This document shows, one piece after another, positions 8,371-17,092 of a DNA stretch of 32,000 nt. The stretch is from NCBI RefSeq assembly GCF_051307035.1, contig NZ_CP195536.1, forward strand, positions 1,590,001-1,622,000, given 5' to 3'. The notes beneath the pieces are model-generated. The model did no database searches. It was given only the letters and a program-made list of their open reading frames with translations, and was not told where the DNA came from. How positions within the stretch are numbered: position 1 is the stretch's first letter; each line of letters starts with the position of its first letter. This DNA comes from Psychrobacter sp. DM4 (GTDB taxonomy: Bacteria > Pseudomonadota > Gammaproteobacteria > Pseudomonadales > Moraxellaceae). The translations under genes were made by a program, and so were the position numbers.

Positions 8371-9390
8371 ATGACGATTTCAAATGATCTAAGTGTAGAT
8401 AGCTCAGATGATACAGAATGCTACCCTAGTGATGAGTGGAAAAAGTTTGGCGCGCACAAATGGCGTGCATCAGATCTGAGCGAGCACTTGTATCAAGCGA
8501 TGATAGACATCGGCGATGGTATCGAGCTGTGCGTTGAAGCTGGCGGTAATCCTGCTCATCCGCCACTACTTATGATTATGGGTCTTGGCTCACAGATGAT
8601 ATTTTGGCCAGATACCTTTATCAAGCGTCTGATTGATGCAGGTTTATTTGTCATTCGGTTTGATAATCGCGATATCGGCCTATCCTCCAAAGTTCAGATT
8701 GATGGTCTACCGCGTATCAGTCAGTTAAAGATGATGATGCGCTTGCAAACAGGCTTATCTAATAAAAGCACGCAAGTCGCTTATAATTTGACCGATATGG
8801 CAGAGGATACTGCGCGCTTGATTAAAGCCCTGCACCTAGGGAGCACTCATCTGATTGGTGCGTCTATGGGCGGTATGATCGCCCAAATCGTCGGGGCACG
8901 TTATCCAAGTTTGGTAGATAAAGTGGCGCTGATGTTTACGACAACCAATCGTGCGTTTTTGCGTCCGCCTAGGCCCAAACAACTCTATACTCTAATCAAT
9001 CGTCCTGAGAGTCATTCTGAGCGTGATATTGTGCGCCATAGCGTCTGGTTTATGAAGACGGTCGGTACGCCAGGACATATTAATGTGCGCTTAGTGCGAG
9101 AGATTGCGCAATTACGCTATCAGCGCAGCTTTCATCCACTAGGAACTGTGCAGCAGCTCAATGCTATCCTCGCATCTGGCTCTATTGCGCGCTTTAGCAA
9201 ACAAGTAAAAGCGCCGACCATCGTGATGCATGGTAGCGCTGATGGTCTAATCCCCGCCTCTCAAGGCCGCGTCGTCGCAAGAACTATTCCCAATGCTACC
9301 TTTCACCTGATTGAGGGTATGGGGCATGATATACCTGCGTACTATCAACCTTATATGGTCGATCTGATTCGCACTCATTTGCTAGCCTGA
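8371..9390 (+). CDS. Alpha/beta-fold hydrolase (esterase/lipase-like)
   Basis: 339 aa. The nucleophile elbow is GASMGG (GxSxG). An HG-type oxyanion region LLMIMGLGS is present. The C-terminal MHGSADGLIP and GMGHDIP fit an Asp/His triad. It is probably co-transcribed with the rubredoxin gene. Confidence 0.8.
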   Translation: MTISNDLSVDSSDDTECYPSDEWKKFGAHKWRASDLSEHLYQAMIDIGDGIELCVEAGGNPAHPPLLMIMGLGSQMIFWPDTFIKRLIDAGLFVIRFDNRDIGLSSKVQIDGLPRISQLKMMMRLQTGLSNKSTQVAYNLTDMAEDTARLIKALHLGSTHLIGASMGGMIAQIVGARYPSLVDKVALMFTTTNRAFLRPPRPKQLYTLINRPESHSERDIVRHSVWFMKTVGTPGHINVRLVREIAQLRYQRSFHPLGTVQQLNAILASGSIARFSKQVKAPTIVMHGSADGLIPASQGRVVARTIPNATFHLIEGMGHDIPAYYQPYMVDLIRTHLLA

Positions 9391-9414
9391 TCATTAGCGG
9401 TATTAATTGTTAAA

Positions 9415-9472
9415 CCAAAAAAGAGTCGTTGTTCTTATCTACAAATGCTAGCTAGAACAGCGACTCTTTTTA
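9415..9472. terminator. Bidirectional rho-independent terminator between convergent genes
   Basis: 15-bp stem (9421-9435 AAGAGTCGTTGTTCT / 9454-9468 AGAACAGCGACTCTT) with one wobble or mismatch position. It is flanked by an A-run upstream and a T-run downstream, so it can serve both the hydrolase gene (+) and the WG-repeat gene (-). Confidence 0.8.
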
Positions 9473-9483
9473 GCTTTATATCG

Positions 9484-10536
9484 CTAACTACAGCCTACAA
9501 TCTCTCCTCTCTTATCTATACAAGTTTTTTGACCATTTGCTAATGTGCCTACCCAAGCTATTCCCTCTTTAAATACAAATGCTGAAACCCCTTGATAGGT
9601 ATCGCTGGCAGTTGCAGCGTTATTCTCAAAATTAAAGGGAATAACGAGCTTACCGCCCAAATTCAAAAACCCCCATTTATTATCAATACTGACCGCGGCC
9701 AAACCCTCAGAGAAGGGCCGTACGTCATCGAACGAATAAGTAATCATCACCACATCATTGTCATCGACAAAACCCCATTTACCTTCCTGTTGCTTGGCTT
9801 TTAAAGTTGAAAAAGAAGCTGGTGGTGCAGGTACAGAGCTTGCGGCTGTAGTAGTAGGATTATCTTTATCGGATTGACTACTTGATGCTTGCCTCTCACT
9901 CTTTGCAGTAGGATCTTGGACTGGGTTACCGTCTTTACTGAGCCAACTTACCGCTTTATTTTTGTTAACGCGCGCAATACCATTTTTATAATTATCAATG
10001 TTGCTGATGGATGAGGTAAAAGGAACGACGACTTGATTAGACGGTGTAATCACACCGAAGTTACCGTTTCTTTTGACCACGATGCGTCCGTCTGAGACCG
10101 CTCTTGCCCATTCTTGATTAGAGCCTACTATATCGTACCTAGTCGGTATCACTTCGCGCCCGCGCATATCAACATAGCCAACTTTACTATTGCGCTGTAC
10201 AGGCATAAGACCGCCTGATATTTTGGTCGCATCTACGCGCTGGTACTCCATCAAATCAGCGACTTTTTTACCATTTTTATCGAGTAGTGCAACGGGCGCG
10301 CCAAAATCCTTGACTGCCAAAAAATAGCGACTGTTAGCGGTACAGGAGACGTGCTTATAAAAACTTTTTGGCACTTTACAAGTTGCCGCTTGCGCCGTTG
10401 GTATCAGTAAGGTCAAACTAAGTATAGTACCAGCCGAGATAAATAGCTTGGACACTACCAAGCCTGCAAGCTTAATAACTCGTTGATAACTAACTTGCCT
10501 ATTTTCAATTACCATAAAGTATAACCATGCCAACAA
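9484..10536 (-). CDS. Secreted WG-repeat (KWG-type beta-repeat) protein of unknown function
   Basis: 350 aa. A signal-peptide-like segment (LFISAGTILSLTLLIPTAQA|A) is present. Repeated units have the pattern x(K/N)(W/F/V)G(F/Y/V)(V/I/L)... (SKVGYVDMRGREVIPTRYD, GNFGVITPSNQVVVPFTS, GKWGFVDDNDVV, NKWGFLNLGGKLVIPFNF). An S/T/P-rich linker lies mid-protein. The track start is TTG (10534-10536) with an AAAGG 5 nt upstream, and an ATG at 10513-10515 is an alternative. Confidence 0.65.
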   Translation of the reverse strand: MLAWLYFMVIENRQVSYQRVIKLAGLVVSKLFISAGTILSLTLLIPTAQAATCKVPKSFYKHVSCTANSRYFLAVKDFGAPVALLDKNGKKVADLMEYQRVDATKISGGLMPVQRNSKVGYVDMRGREVIPTRYDIVGSNQEWARAVSDGRIVVKRNGNFGVITPSNQVVVPFTSSISNIDNYKNGIARVNKNKAVSWLSKDGNPVQDPTAKSERQASSSQSDKDNPTTTAASSVPAPPASFSTLKAKQQEGKWGFVDDNDVVMITYSFDDVRPFSEGLAAVSIDNKWGFLNLGGKLVIPFNFENNAATASDTYQGVSAFVFKEGIAWVGTLANGQKTCIDKRGEIVGCS

Positions 10537-10807
10537 AGTAACCTTTTAGAGTGAAATATCTGTTTGAAGTGGCCTATCTGAGAGTACACCTACTTAGAGT
10601 AGCAAAACGGGCGATAAACACCAACCTACGTTCGGTAAACTTGTGACAGTAAGCTATAATATTTGTGAAGGATTTGTCATTGGGCTAGAGCCATGTAGAT
10701 TATAATAATAAAAAAGGTATTCGATTCCTACTCCTCTTCCTAAGTCTTTTATAAGTAGAGGACAAACCTATTATTAGTGTTAGGCACACGCTGTTAAAGG
10801 ATACTGT

Positions 10808-11734
10808 ATGGCTACTACTAGCTCAAGTTCAGCGTCTATTGGCCTAATTATAGGCTGTATTATATTCGGCTTAGGCAGTCTTATCGTCGCTCACGTCGAT
10901 ATTGGTGGTTGGGCAATGGCGTTTTGGCGGCTAGTGATTTCTGGCGTCATCTTTGCAATACTGGCCAAGATGACAGGCCAGCGACTACCAAGCTCGCGTC
11001 CTGCTATCGTTTATGGATTGCTGTCAGGGGTATTTTTGGGTTTAGACTTAGCGCTATGGCATGAGAGTATCTATGCGGTTGGACCTGGCATTTCAACGTT
11101 GCTGAACAGCTTACAGATTTTCTTTTTGGCAGCGATTGGCTTTTTGTACTTCGGCGAGCGTCAGTCCAGTTTGCAGTTGCTAAGCTTGTGTTTGGCAGTA
11201 CTAGGGGTAGCGATGATAGGTAGCCCAGAGTTTGCTAATAATACGGCGGCGACCTGGGGATTCATCACAGGTATCGTGTCAGGTGCCATGCTTGCAGCGT
11301 CTATGACCTTTATTCGTAAAACTCACGATACGGAGCCCACGCCAATATTTATGTTGATGCAACTTATAAGTATTGGCGGCGTGCTGGCGATGATCTTACC
11401 CATGCTAGTGTTCGATAGCGGTCATATTTTGCCAAACTCGTGGTCTGATATCGGCTGGATACTGGTGTATGGTGCGGTGATGCAATGCTTAGCTTGGGGA
11501 CTTATTGCCTACTCTATCCCTAAACTATCGCTCGCTGTTACAGGTTTATTACTATTGACCGAACCTGTCGCCGCTCTGATTATTGATTACAGCTGGCTTG
11601 GCAAACCCATTAACACGCTGCAATGGAGCGGCGCGCTACTCACCATGCTGGCTATTTATTTGGGTTCATTAAAATCTAAGCCGCGCGCCTTGTATCGTTA
11701 TCGATTCTTTGCGCGCTTTTATAGGCGTAAGTAG
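10808..11734 (+). CDS. EamA/DMT-superfamily permease
   Basis: 308 aa with about 10 hydrophobic spans in a two-EamA-domain-like organisation and a basic C-terminal tail. An AAGGA Shine-Dalgarno is present. The substrate cannot be inferred. Confidence 0.7.
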   Translation: MATTSSSSASIGLIIGCIIFGLGSLIVAHVDIGGWAMAFWRLVISGVIFAILAKMTGQRLPSSRPAIVYGLLSGVFLGLDLALWHESIYAVGPGISTLLNSLQIFFLAAIGFLYFGERQSSLQLLSLCLAVLGVAMIGSPEFANNTAATWGFITGIVSGAMLAASMTFIRKTHDTEPTPIFMLMQLISIGGVLAMILPMLVFDSGHILPNSWSDIGWILVYGAVMQCLAWGLIAYSIPKLSLAVTGLLLLTEPVAALIIDYSWLGKPINTLQWSGALLTMLAIYLGSLKSKPRALYRYRFFARFYRRK

Positions 11735-11779
11735 CAGGCGCTAGTCTTTTGAGACAATTAGGCAAACGCTAGACAGGTA

Positions 11780-13177
11780 CTAGTCTTTTTTGAGATTAAA
11801 CAAAGCATTGAGCACAATAGCAGCAAGCGTCGCTGTACCAATACCACCCAAATCAAACTCCCCTAATTTTAAACTAAAGTTACCTGCGCCCATAATAACG
11901 GTGACCGCAGCGATAATTAGATTGCTATTCTTGCTAAAATCAATGTGATTGTCAATCCAGATCTTTGCGCCAGCAATGGTTATTAGACCAAAGACAACAA
12001 TGGACGCACCGCCCAATAGTGCTAGCGGAATCGTTTGAATCACCGCGCCAAATTTTGGCGAGAGACCAAGGATAATAGCAACCAACCCTGCAATGACAAA
12101 GATGGTCGTACTATAGACCTTGGTCACCGCCATGACGCCGATGTTCTCAGCATAAGTGGTGACTCCAGTACTGCCAAAACCTGCCGAAAAAGTCGTCGCC
12201 AGTCCATCAGCCAGAAAAGCGCGGCCCATATAAGGCGTTACGCGCGCTTTGGTCATCCCTTCTACTGCTTTGAAATGTCCTAAGTTTTCGGCAATCAAAA
12301 TAAAAGCCACAGGGGCAATCAAAATAATAGCGCTAAGCTCAAAGCGCGGCGTGTAGATAGTAGGCAGTCCGAACCAAGCTGCACTTTGAATAGTACTAAA
12401 GTCGATGGGTATGCCAAAGCCTAAAATATTTGTCATTACAAAGTAGGCAATATAGGACAATATCAAACCTACTAACAGCAGCAACCGTCTAAGCATACCA
12501 GTCGTAAAAACTGCCACTGCGCTGATAAGTAAGACCGTAAGCGTTGCCATCCAAGCATCAAACTGATTGGCAGATACCCCTTGGATGGTCACAGGAGCTA
12601 GGTTAAGACCGATAATCATAACGATAGCGCCTGTGACGATAGGCGGCATTAAACTCTCGATCCAGCCTGTGCCAGTCTTCATAACCAGCAAACCCACTAA
12701 GGAGTAAATGATGCCGCATACCATGATGCCGCCCAAGGCTACATCCAAACCACTATTAAAGCCCATACCCGCATAGGCGGTCACCGCGATCACAGGACCA
12801 ATAAAGGCAAAGCTTGAGCCCAGATAGCTTGGCATACGCCCGCCAGTAATAATAAAAAACATTACCGTACAAATACCAGACATCAAAATAGCGAGATTGG
12901 CATCAAAACCCATAAGTAGCGGTGCTAATACAGTCGCTCCAAACATCGCAAAGGTATGTTGAATACCGAGTAAGATGCTTTTAGACGGCGGCAGATATTC
13001 GTTGATACCAACGGGATCGACATCCAAATTGCCTTTATAAGCACGCCATGTGGGAAACCAGCGATTATTATCAAAGTCTGGATCATCAATCAATTGCATC
13101 GCCGTAGGATCTATACCAGCAGCGGTTAGCGCATCTGGTTTGTTAGGTGTCGAAGAAGGCTCTGATGGCAAGGTCAT
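11780..13177 (-). CDS. NCS2-family nucleobase permease, RutG-like (pyrimidine/uracil type)
   Basis: 465 aa. It is colinear over nearly its full length with remembered E. coli RutG (GIQHTFAMFGATVL, GGRMPSYLGSSFAF, IAENLGH, GVTTYAENIGVMAVTKVYS). It has a ~55-aa hydrophilic N-terminal extension. No rut genes are adjacent. Confidence 0.85.
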   Translation of the reverse strand: MTLPSEPSSTPNKPDALTAAGIDPTAMQLIDDPDFDNNRWFPTWRAYKGNLDVDPVGINEYLPPSKSILLGIQHTFAMFGATVLAPLLMGFDANLAILMSGICTVMFFIITGGRMPSYLGSSFAFIGPVIAVTAYAGMGFNSGLDVALGGIMVCGIIYSLVGLLVMKTGTGWIESLMPPIVTGAIVMIIGLNLAPVTIQGVSANQFDAWMATLTVLLISAVAVFTTGMLRRLLLLVGLILSYIAYFVMTNILGFGIPIDFSTIQSAAWFGLPTIYTPRFELSAIILIAPVAFILIAENLGHFKAVEGMTKARVTPYMGRAFLADGLATTFSAGFGSTGVTTYAENIGVMAVTKVYSTTIFVIAGLVAIILGLSPKFGAVIQTIPLALLGGASIVVFGLITIAGAKIWIDNHIDFSKNSNLIIAAVTVIMGAGNFSLKLGEFDLGGIGTATLAAIVLNALFNLKKD

Positions 13178-13545
13178 GCGCTAATCCTAATAGAGTAAAA
13201 TGATAAAGAGGTCGATATTGACTAGTGATTGCTTGAGGGATAGGTAAATAAAAAGTTATTATAGAATGCATAGTAATAACTAAGAGTTTGGTCTGTAACA
13301 ACTATTTGTTAACTAATTGACTTTTTGCTGGCTGTCTATGAATACTTGTGTTCTACTCAATCCTTATCAAGGATATTGAAACCAGCAATAGATTAACGTT
13401 ATAACTAGCAATAAGTTTACAGAATGTTACATAGACCGTATTGCTCAGCATAATAGCTGAAATACTTTATAAATAAAAGATTTTCAGCTATGAAACACCG
13501 CAGAAAGCATAAATTCACCCCGCTCTTTTAAATGTTGGTAGCTTT

Positions 13546-14979
13546 ATGATTAGTGTATTTGATTTATTCAAAATAGGTATTGGCCCTTCAAGCTCACATA
13601 CGGTAGGCCCCATGATTGCGGCTAATCTATTTTTGGACTCCATACTGGGACAAGCAAGCGTGAGTGATATAAAATCAATTGAGATTGAGCTTTATGGTTC
13701 GCTTGCGGCTACAGGTAAAGGACATGCAACAGACACTGCTATACTACTAGGCTTACTAGGTCATACCCCAAGTACGATAGATACACGTCAAACTGATCTC
13801 TACTTGTCTCCTATTCTTGTTGATAATCAGCTTAATTTGTCTGGCATACATACTATAGAATTCGATGCTCAGCGAGATGTTCTATGGTATGACGATACTG
13901 TTTTACCTTATCATCCCAATGCGCTTACCTTGCGCGCTCATTTGATGGACGGCACTCACTACCAGCAGACCTACTACTCTATCGGCGGCGGCTTTGTTAT
14001 CAATGATGAAGACGCTACCAACCCCGATGTGGATCATGCCAGTCCCACTATCGATGATATTCCCTATCCCTTTAATAATGCGGCAGAGCTACTAGAGCAA
14101 TGTAATCAGCATCAATTGAGTGTCAGCGAGTTGGTACTGGCAAACGAGTGTCATTACCGTAGTTTGGACGAGATCTACTCTTATTTAGATAGTATCTGGG
14201 AGGTTATGGAGCGATGTGTTGAACAAGGCTGTGAAAGCAGTGGCATATTGCCAGGCGGCTTGCAGGTCAAACGCCGAGCACAGGCTCTGTACTTGCAATT
14301 ATGCGCAGAAAAAGACCAACCTATAGCCCAAAGCGATAAGCTAGCTGCTATGGATTGGGTCGATTTGTATGCGCTGGCAGTCAACGAAGAAAACGCTAAT
14401 GGCGGTAATGTAGTCACTGCACCAACAAATGGTGCTGCGGGTATCATCCCTGCTGTACTACATTATTACCGTGATTTTTTGCAAAGCTATAACCAAGATG
14501 GTGTACGCAAGTTTTTGTTAAACGCTACTGCTATTGGCAGCTTAATTAAACAAAATGCTTCCATCTCTGGCGCAGAAGTCGGCTGTCAAGGTGAGGTCGG
14601 TTCTGCTTGTGCAATGGCTGCATCTGCGCTTGCTGAGATTATAGGCGGTCATCCTGCCCAATGCTTGAATGCGGCAGAGATTGGGATCGAGCATAACTTA
14701 GGTCTCACTTGTGACCCCATTGGCGGTTTGGTACAAGTGCCTTGTATCGAGCGTAATGCAATGGGTGCCGTCAAAGCTATTAATGCAGCGCGCCTCGCCT
14801 GCCGAGGAGATGGGCAACATATGGTGTCGCTAGATAAGGCAATCGAAACCATGAAACAAACGGGCGCTGATATGTCTGATAAATACAAAGAGACCGCACG
14901 CGGCGGTCTGGCTGTGTATGCTGATAATCGCATACCTACAGCGACTCGCGGCGTCAGCGTGAATTACAGTCAATGCTAA
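13546..14979 (+). CDS. sdaA: L-serine ammonia-lyase (single-chain Fe-S L-serine dehydratase)
   Basis: 477 aa. The N-terminus MISVFDLFKIGIGPSSSHTVGPM is nearly identical in pattern to E. coli SdaA. The C-terminal cysteine cluster region is GCQGEVGSACAMAA ... GLTCDP ... VPCIERNA. Confidence 0.92.
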   Translation: MISVFDLFKIGIGPSSSHTVGPMIAANLFLDSILGQASVSDIKSIEIELYGSLAATGKGHATDTAILLGLLGHTPSTIDTRQTDLYLSPILVDNQLNLSGIHTIEFDAQRDVLWYDDTVLPYHPNALTLRAHLMDGTHYQQTYYSIGGGFVINDEDATNPDVDHASPTIDDIPYPFNNAAELLEQCNQHQLSVSELVLANECHYRSLDEIYSYLDSIWEVMERCVEQGCESSGILPGGLQVKRRAQALYLQLCAEKDQPIAQSDKLAAMDWVDLYALAVNEENANGGNVVTAPTNGAAGIIPAVLHYYRDFLQSYNQDGVRKFLLNATAIGSLIKQNASISGAEVGCQGEVGSACAMAASALAEIIGGHPAQCLNAAEIGIEHNLGLTCDPIGGLVQVPCIERNAMGAVKAINAARLACRGDGQHMVSLDKAIETMKQTGADMSDKYKETARGGLAVYADNRIPTATRGVSVNYSQC

Positions 14980-14994
14980 TTCTATTATTCTAAA

Positions 14995-15027
14995 AGAAAA
15001 AACCGCTAACAAAGTAGCGGTTTTTTA
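14995..15027. terminator. Bidirectional rho-independent terminator (sdaA / lipoprotein gene)
   Basis: Sequence AAAAAACCGCTA-ACAAAG-TAGCGGTTTTTT. The core stem is AACCGCTA (15001-15008) / TAGCGGTT (15015-15022), flanked by symmetric A6 and T6 runs, and it sits between convergent genes. Confidence 0.85.
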
Positions 15028-15055
15028 TGTTCAATAAGTCAGTTAAGCCCCATAA

Positions 15056-15454
15056 TTATTCAGGCGTTTTTGAGATAACCTCATTAAGTAACCATACTGG
15101 CTTGACCATGCCTGACGCTTCATCAGCAACAGCTTCTTGGCGAACGTCTAGCATATAGCGATAGTTTGGCTCATATGTAAAGCCTTGGATATCGCCACTT
15201 AAGTTAGTGAAGTTCTTTTGATAAGTGTGACGATATTGCAAGCAAGTTGATTCTACTTTGGTACCGTCAGTAGCAGTCAGGTCACATACTGCTTTACGCG
15301 GAGCAACTTCTACTTCAAAGCTATTGATGTTGACGACTTTGACATCCATAGGTTGACCTTCTACAACCATAGTACGCTGGTCGTCTAGACCCATACTTGA
15401 GCAACCGGCCAGAGTAAAAGTGGTCATCAATGCTGCTATTGCTAATTTTTTCAT
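15056..15454 (-). CDS. Small lipoprotein, DUF4377-like
   Basis: 132 aa. The lipobox is MKKLAIAALMTTFTLAG|C. The mature part has conserved Cys residues and a GFTYEPNYRYMLDV motif that I recall as typical of DUF4377. The family assignment is from memory. Confidence 0.6.
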   Translation of the reverse strand: MKKLAIAALMTTFTLAGCSSMGLDDQRTMVVEGQPMDVKVVNINSFEVEVAPRKAVCDLTATDGTKVESTCLQYRHTYQKNFTNLSGDIQGFTYEPNYRYMLDVRQEAVADEASGMVKPVWLLNEVISKTPE

Positions 15455-15623
15455 CGGTTAATCCTCATATGTTTATTATTAAATACTTAGTATTGATTAT
15501 CGATATCGTCAGATTAAAGTATAGAAATGGCAAAGACTGTGATGCCATAGACTTTAAAGCAACATCTTTATAGACACAACATAGCCATATCGAACGATAT
15601 AGATAATATTCTTACAGTAATAA

Positions 15624-15680
15624 GAACGCTAATTCATGTCTCTTAGATCTGAACGATCTAATGCCATATCCTTAGCGTTC
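15624..15680. repeat. Nested inverted repeats in the argJ-lipoprotein intergenic region
   Basis: The outer 9-bp arms are GAACGCTAA (15624-15632) / TTAGCGTTC (15672-15680). They enclose inner 7-bp arms TTAGATC (15643-15649) / GATCTAA (15655-15661) with a 5-nt loop TGAAC. Confidence 0.5.
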
Positions 15681-15767
15681 CTATAAATGCTTAGGTCAGT
15701 ATAAGAGCTTTAAAACCTTATCTTCTATAACTGGTTTGTAATTTAACGTCAGTATTTGCAACTGTTA

Positions 15768-15800
15768 TCAGTCATATGGTCGAACATAGCATATGACTGA
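15768..15800 (-). terminator. Hairpin immediately downstream of argJ (terminator-like, no U-tract)
   Basis: Perfect 11-bp stem TCAGTCATATG (15768-15778) / CATATGACTGA (15790-15800) with an 11-nt loop, 10 nt after the argJ stop. There is no T-rich tail on the minus strand, so intrinsic termination is uncertain. Confidence 0.4.
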
Positions 15801-15810
15801 ACGTAAACAG

Positions 15811-17034
15811 TTAGCTGCGATAATCAGCGTTTATTTTGACGTACTCGTAGGACAAATCACATGTATAGACCGTATCTGTCGCTGATCCTCGTGCTAGGTC
15901 GATGAGAATGGTAATCTCAGCGCGCGCCATCACCTCTTTACCAGCCGCTTCGGTATAATCTGGTGCCACAACACCATGGTGACAAATCATGACCTCATCT
16001 AAAAACACGTCTACTTGCTCCGTATCTAAATCTTCAATGCCAGCATAACCGACTGCTGCCAAGATACGACCCCAATTGGCATCACTAGCAAAAAATGCTG
16101 TTTTGACTAACGGCGAATGCGCAACTGCGTATGCAACGTCACAGCACTCTTGAGTCGTTTTGCCGCCAGTTACCTTGACTGTCATAAATTTGGTAGCGCC
16201 CTCTCCATCTCGAACGATAAGCTGCGCTAAGCGCAAAAACACCTCTGTAAGCGCATTAATCAAAGGCTGATAATGAGGATGATCAGGACTGTCAATCACA
16301 TCAGAGCTGGCAACGCCCGTTGCAATTAGCACACAGCAGTCATTGGTCGACATATCGCCATCGACAGTGATACGGTTAAAAGATTGCTCGTTAATGGTAA
16401 CGAGTATCTGTTGGAGTAACTCAGCTGAGATATTGGCATCAGTCGCCACAAACCCAAGCATCGTTGCCATATTAGGCCGTATCATGCCAGAGCCTTTTGA
16501 CATTCCAGTCACATGATAAGGAGTACCGTCTACCACAATTTTTTGACTGGCAAGCTTAGGGATCGTGTCTGTCGTACGTATACCATTCGCGGCGGCGAGC
16601 CAGTTATCAGATCCAAGCGCGCCCAGTGCGGCATCAAGTCCAGTAATGATCGCATCGCTATTGAGCGGCTCGCCAATAACCCCTGTTGAGAATGGCAGTA
16701 CCGCATGAGCATCGACGTTAGTTTTTTCTGCCAAAGTCGCGCAAATGTCTTTGGCGCGGTGGATACCATCAGCGCCAGTACCCGCGTTGGCATTACCAGT
16801 ATTAGTGATCAAATACTGCGGGCTACTATGAGCAAAGTGCTCACGTAGAACGCGTACGGGCGCCGCGCAAAAGGTATTTTTGGTCGTTACCACAGCAGTA
16901 GTGGCAGACTCACCAATCTGAATAATTACCAGATCATCACGGTCTTTGTAACGTACGCCAGCGGCGCTTGCGCTAAGGGTAATGCCATCAATAGCATAAA
17001 TAGTACTAGGTATAGTTACGTCGCCAACAGCCAT
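15811..17034 (-). CDS. argJ: Bifunctional ornithine acetyltransferase / N-acetylglutamate synthase
   Basis: 407 aa. The autoproteolytic and active-site segment is GMIRPNMATMLGFVATDA (self-cleavage before the Thr of TMLGF). The C-terminal ...YVKINADYRS is typical of ArgJ. Confidence 0.92.
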   Translation of the reverse strand: MAVGDVTIPSTIYAIDGITLSASAAGVRYKDRDDLVIIQIGESATTAVVTTKNTFCAAPVRVLREHFAHSSPQYLITNTGNANAGTGADGIHRAKDICATLAEKTNVDAHAVLPFSTGVIGEPLNSDAIITGLDAALGALGSDNWLAAANGIRTTDTIPKLASQKIVVDGTPYHVTGMSKGSGMIRPNMATMLGFVATDANISAELLQQILVTINEQSFNRITVDGDMSTNDCCVLIATGVASSDVIDSPDHPHYQPLINALTEVFLRLAQLIVRDGEGATKFMTVKVTGGKTTQECCDVAYAVAHSPLVKTAFFASDANWGRILAAVGYAGIEDLDTEQVDVFLDEVMICHHGVVAPDYTEAAGKEVMARAEITILIDLARGSATDTVYTCDLSYEYVKINADYRS

Positions 17035-17092
17035 ACTAGACTCCTATAATTTGAATATGTTTTTGTATTTAAGGGATTAATATCTAAATTAT

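Noticed and set aside
13490-13531. 13-codon basic mini-ORF (MKHRRKHKFTPLF) just upstream of sdaA, overlapping a 9-bp inverted repeat (13454-13462 / 13482-13490). Considered as a leader peptide or attenuator.
   Set aside because: It has no serine codons, no alternative terminator/antiterminator pairing and no U-tract. It has no Shine-Dalgarno of its own. It cannot be supported from sequence alone.
13178-13545. Leader of the RutG-like NCS2 permease, checked on the minus strand for a purine or other nucleobase riboswitch.
   Set aside because: I could not find the conserved junction sequences or the three-helix arrangement of purine riboswitches. The region is plain AT-rich promoter DNA with only short AT-only inverted repeats.
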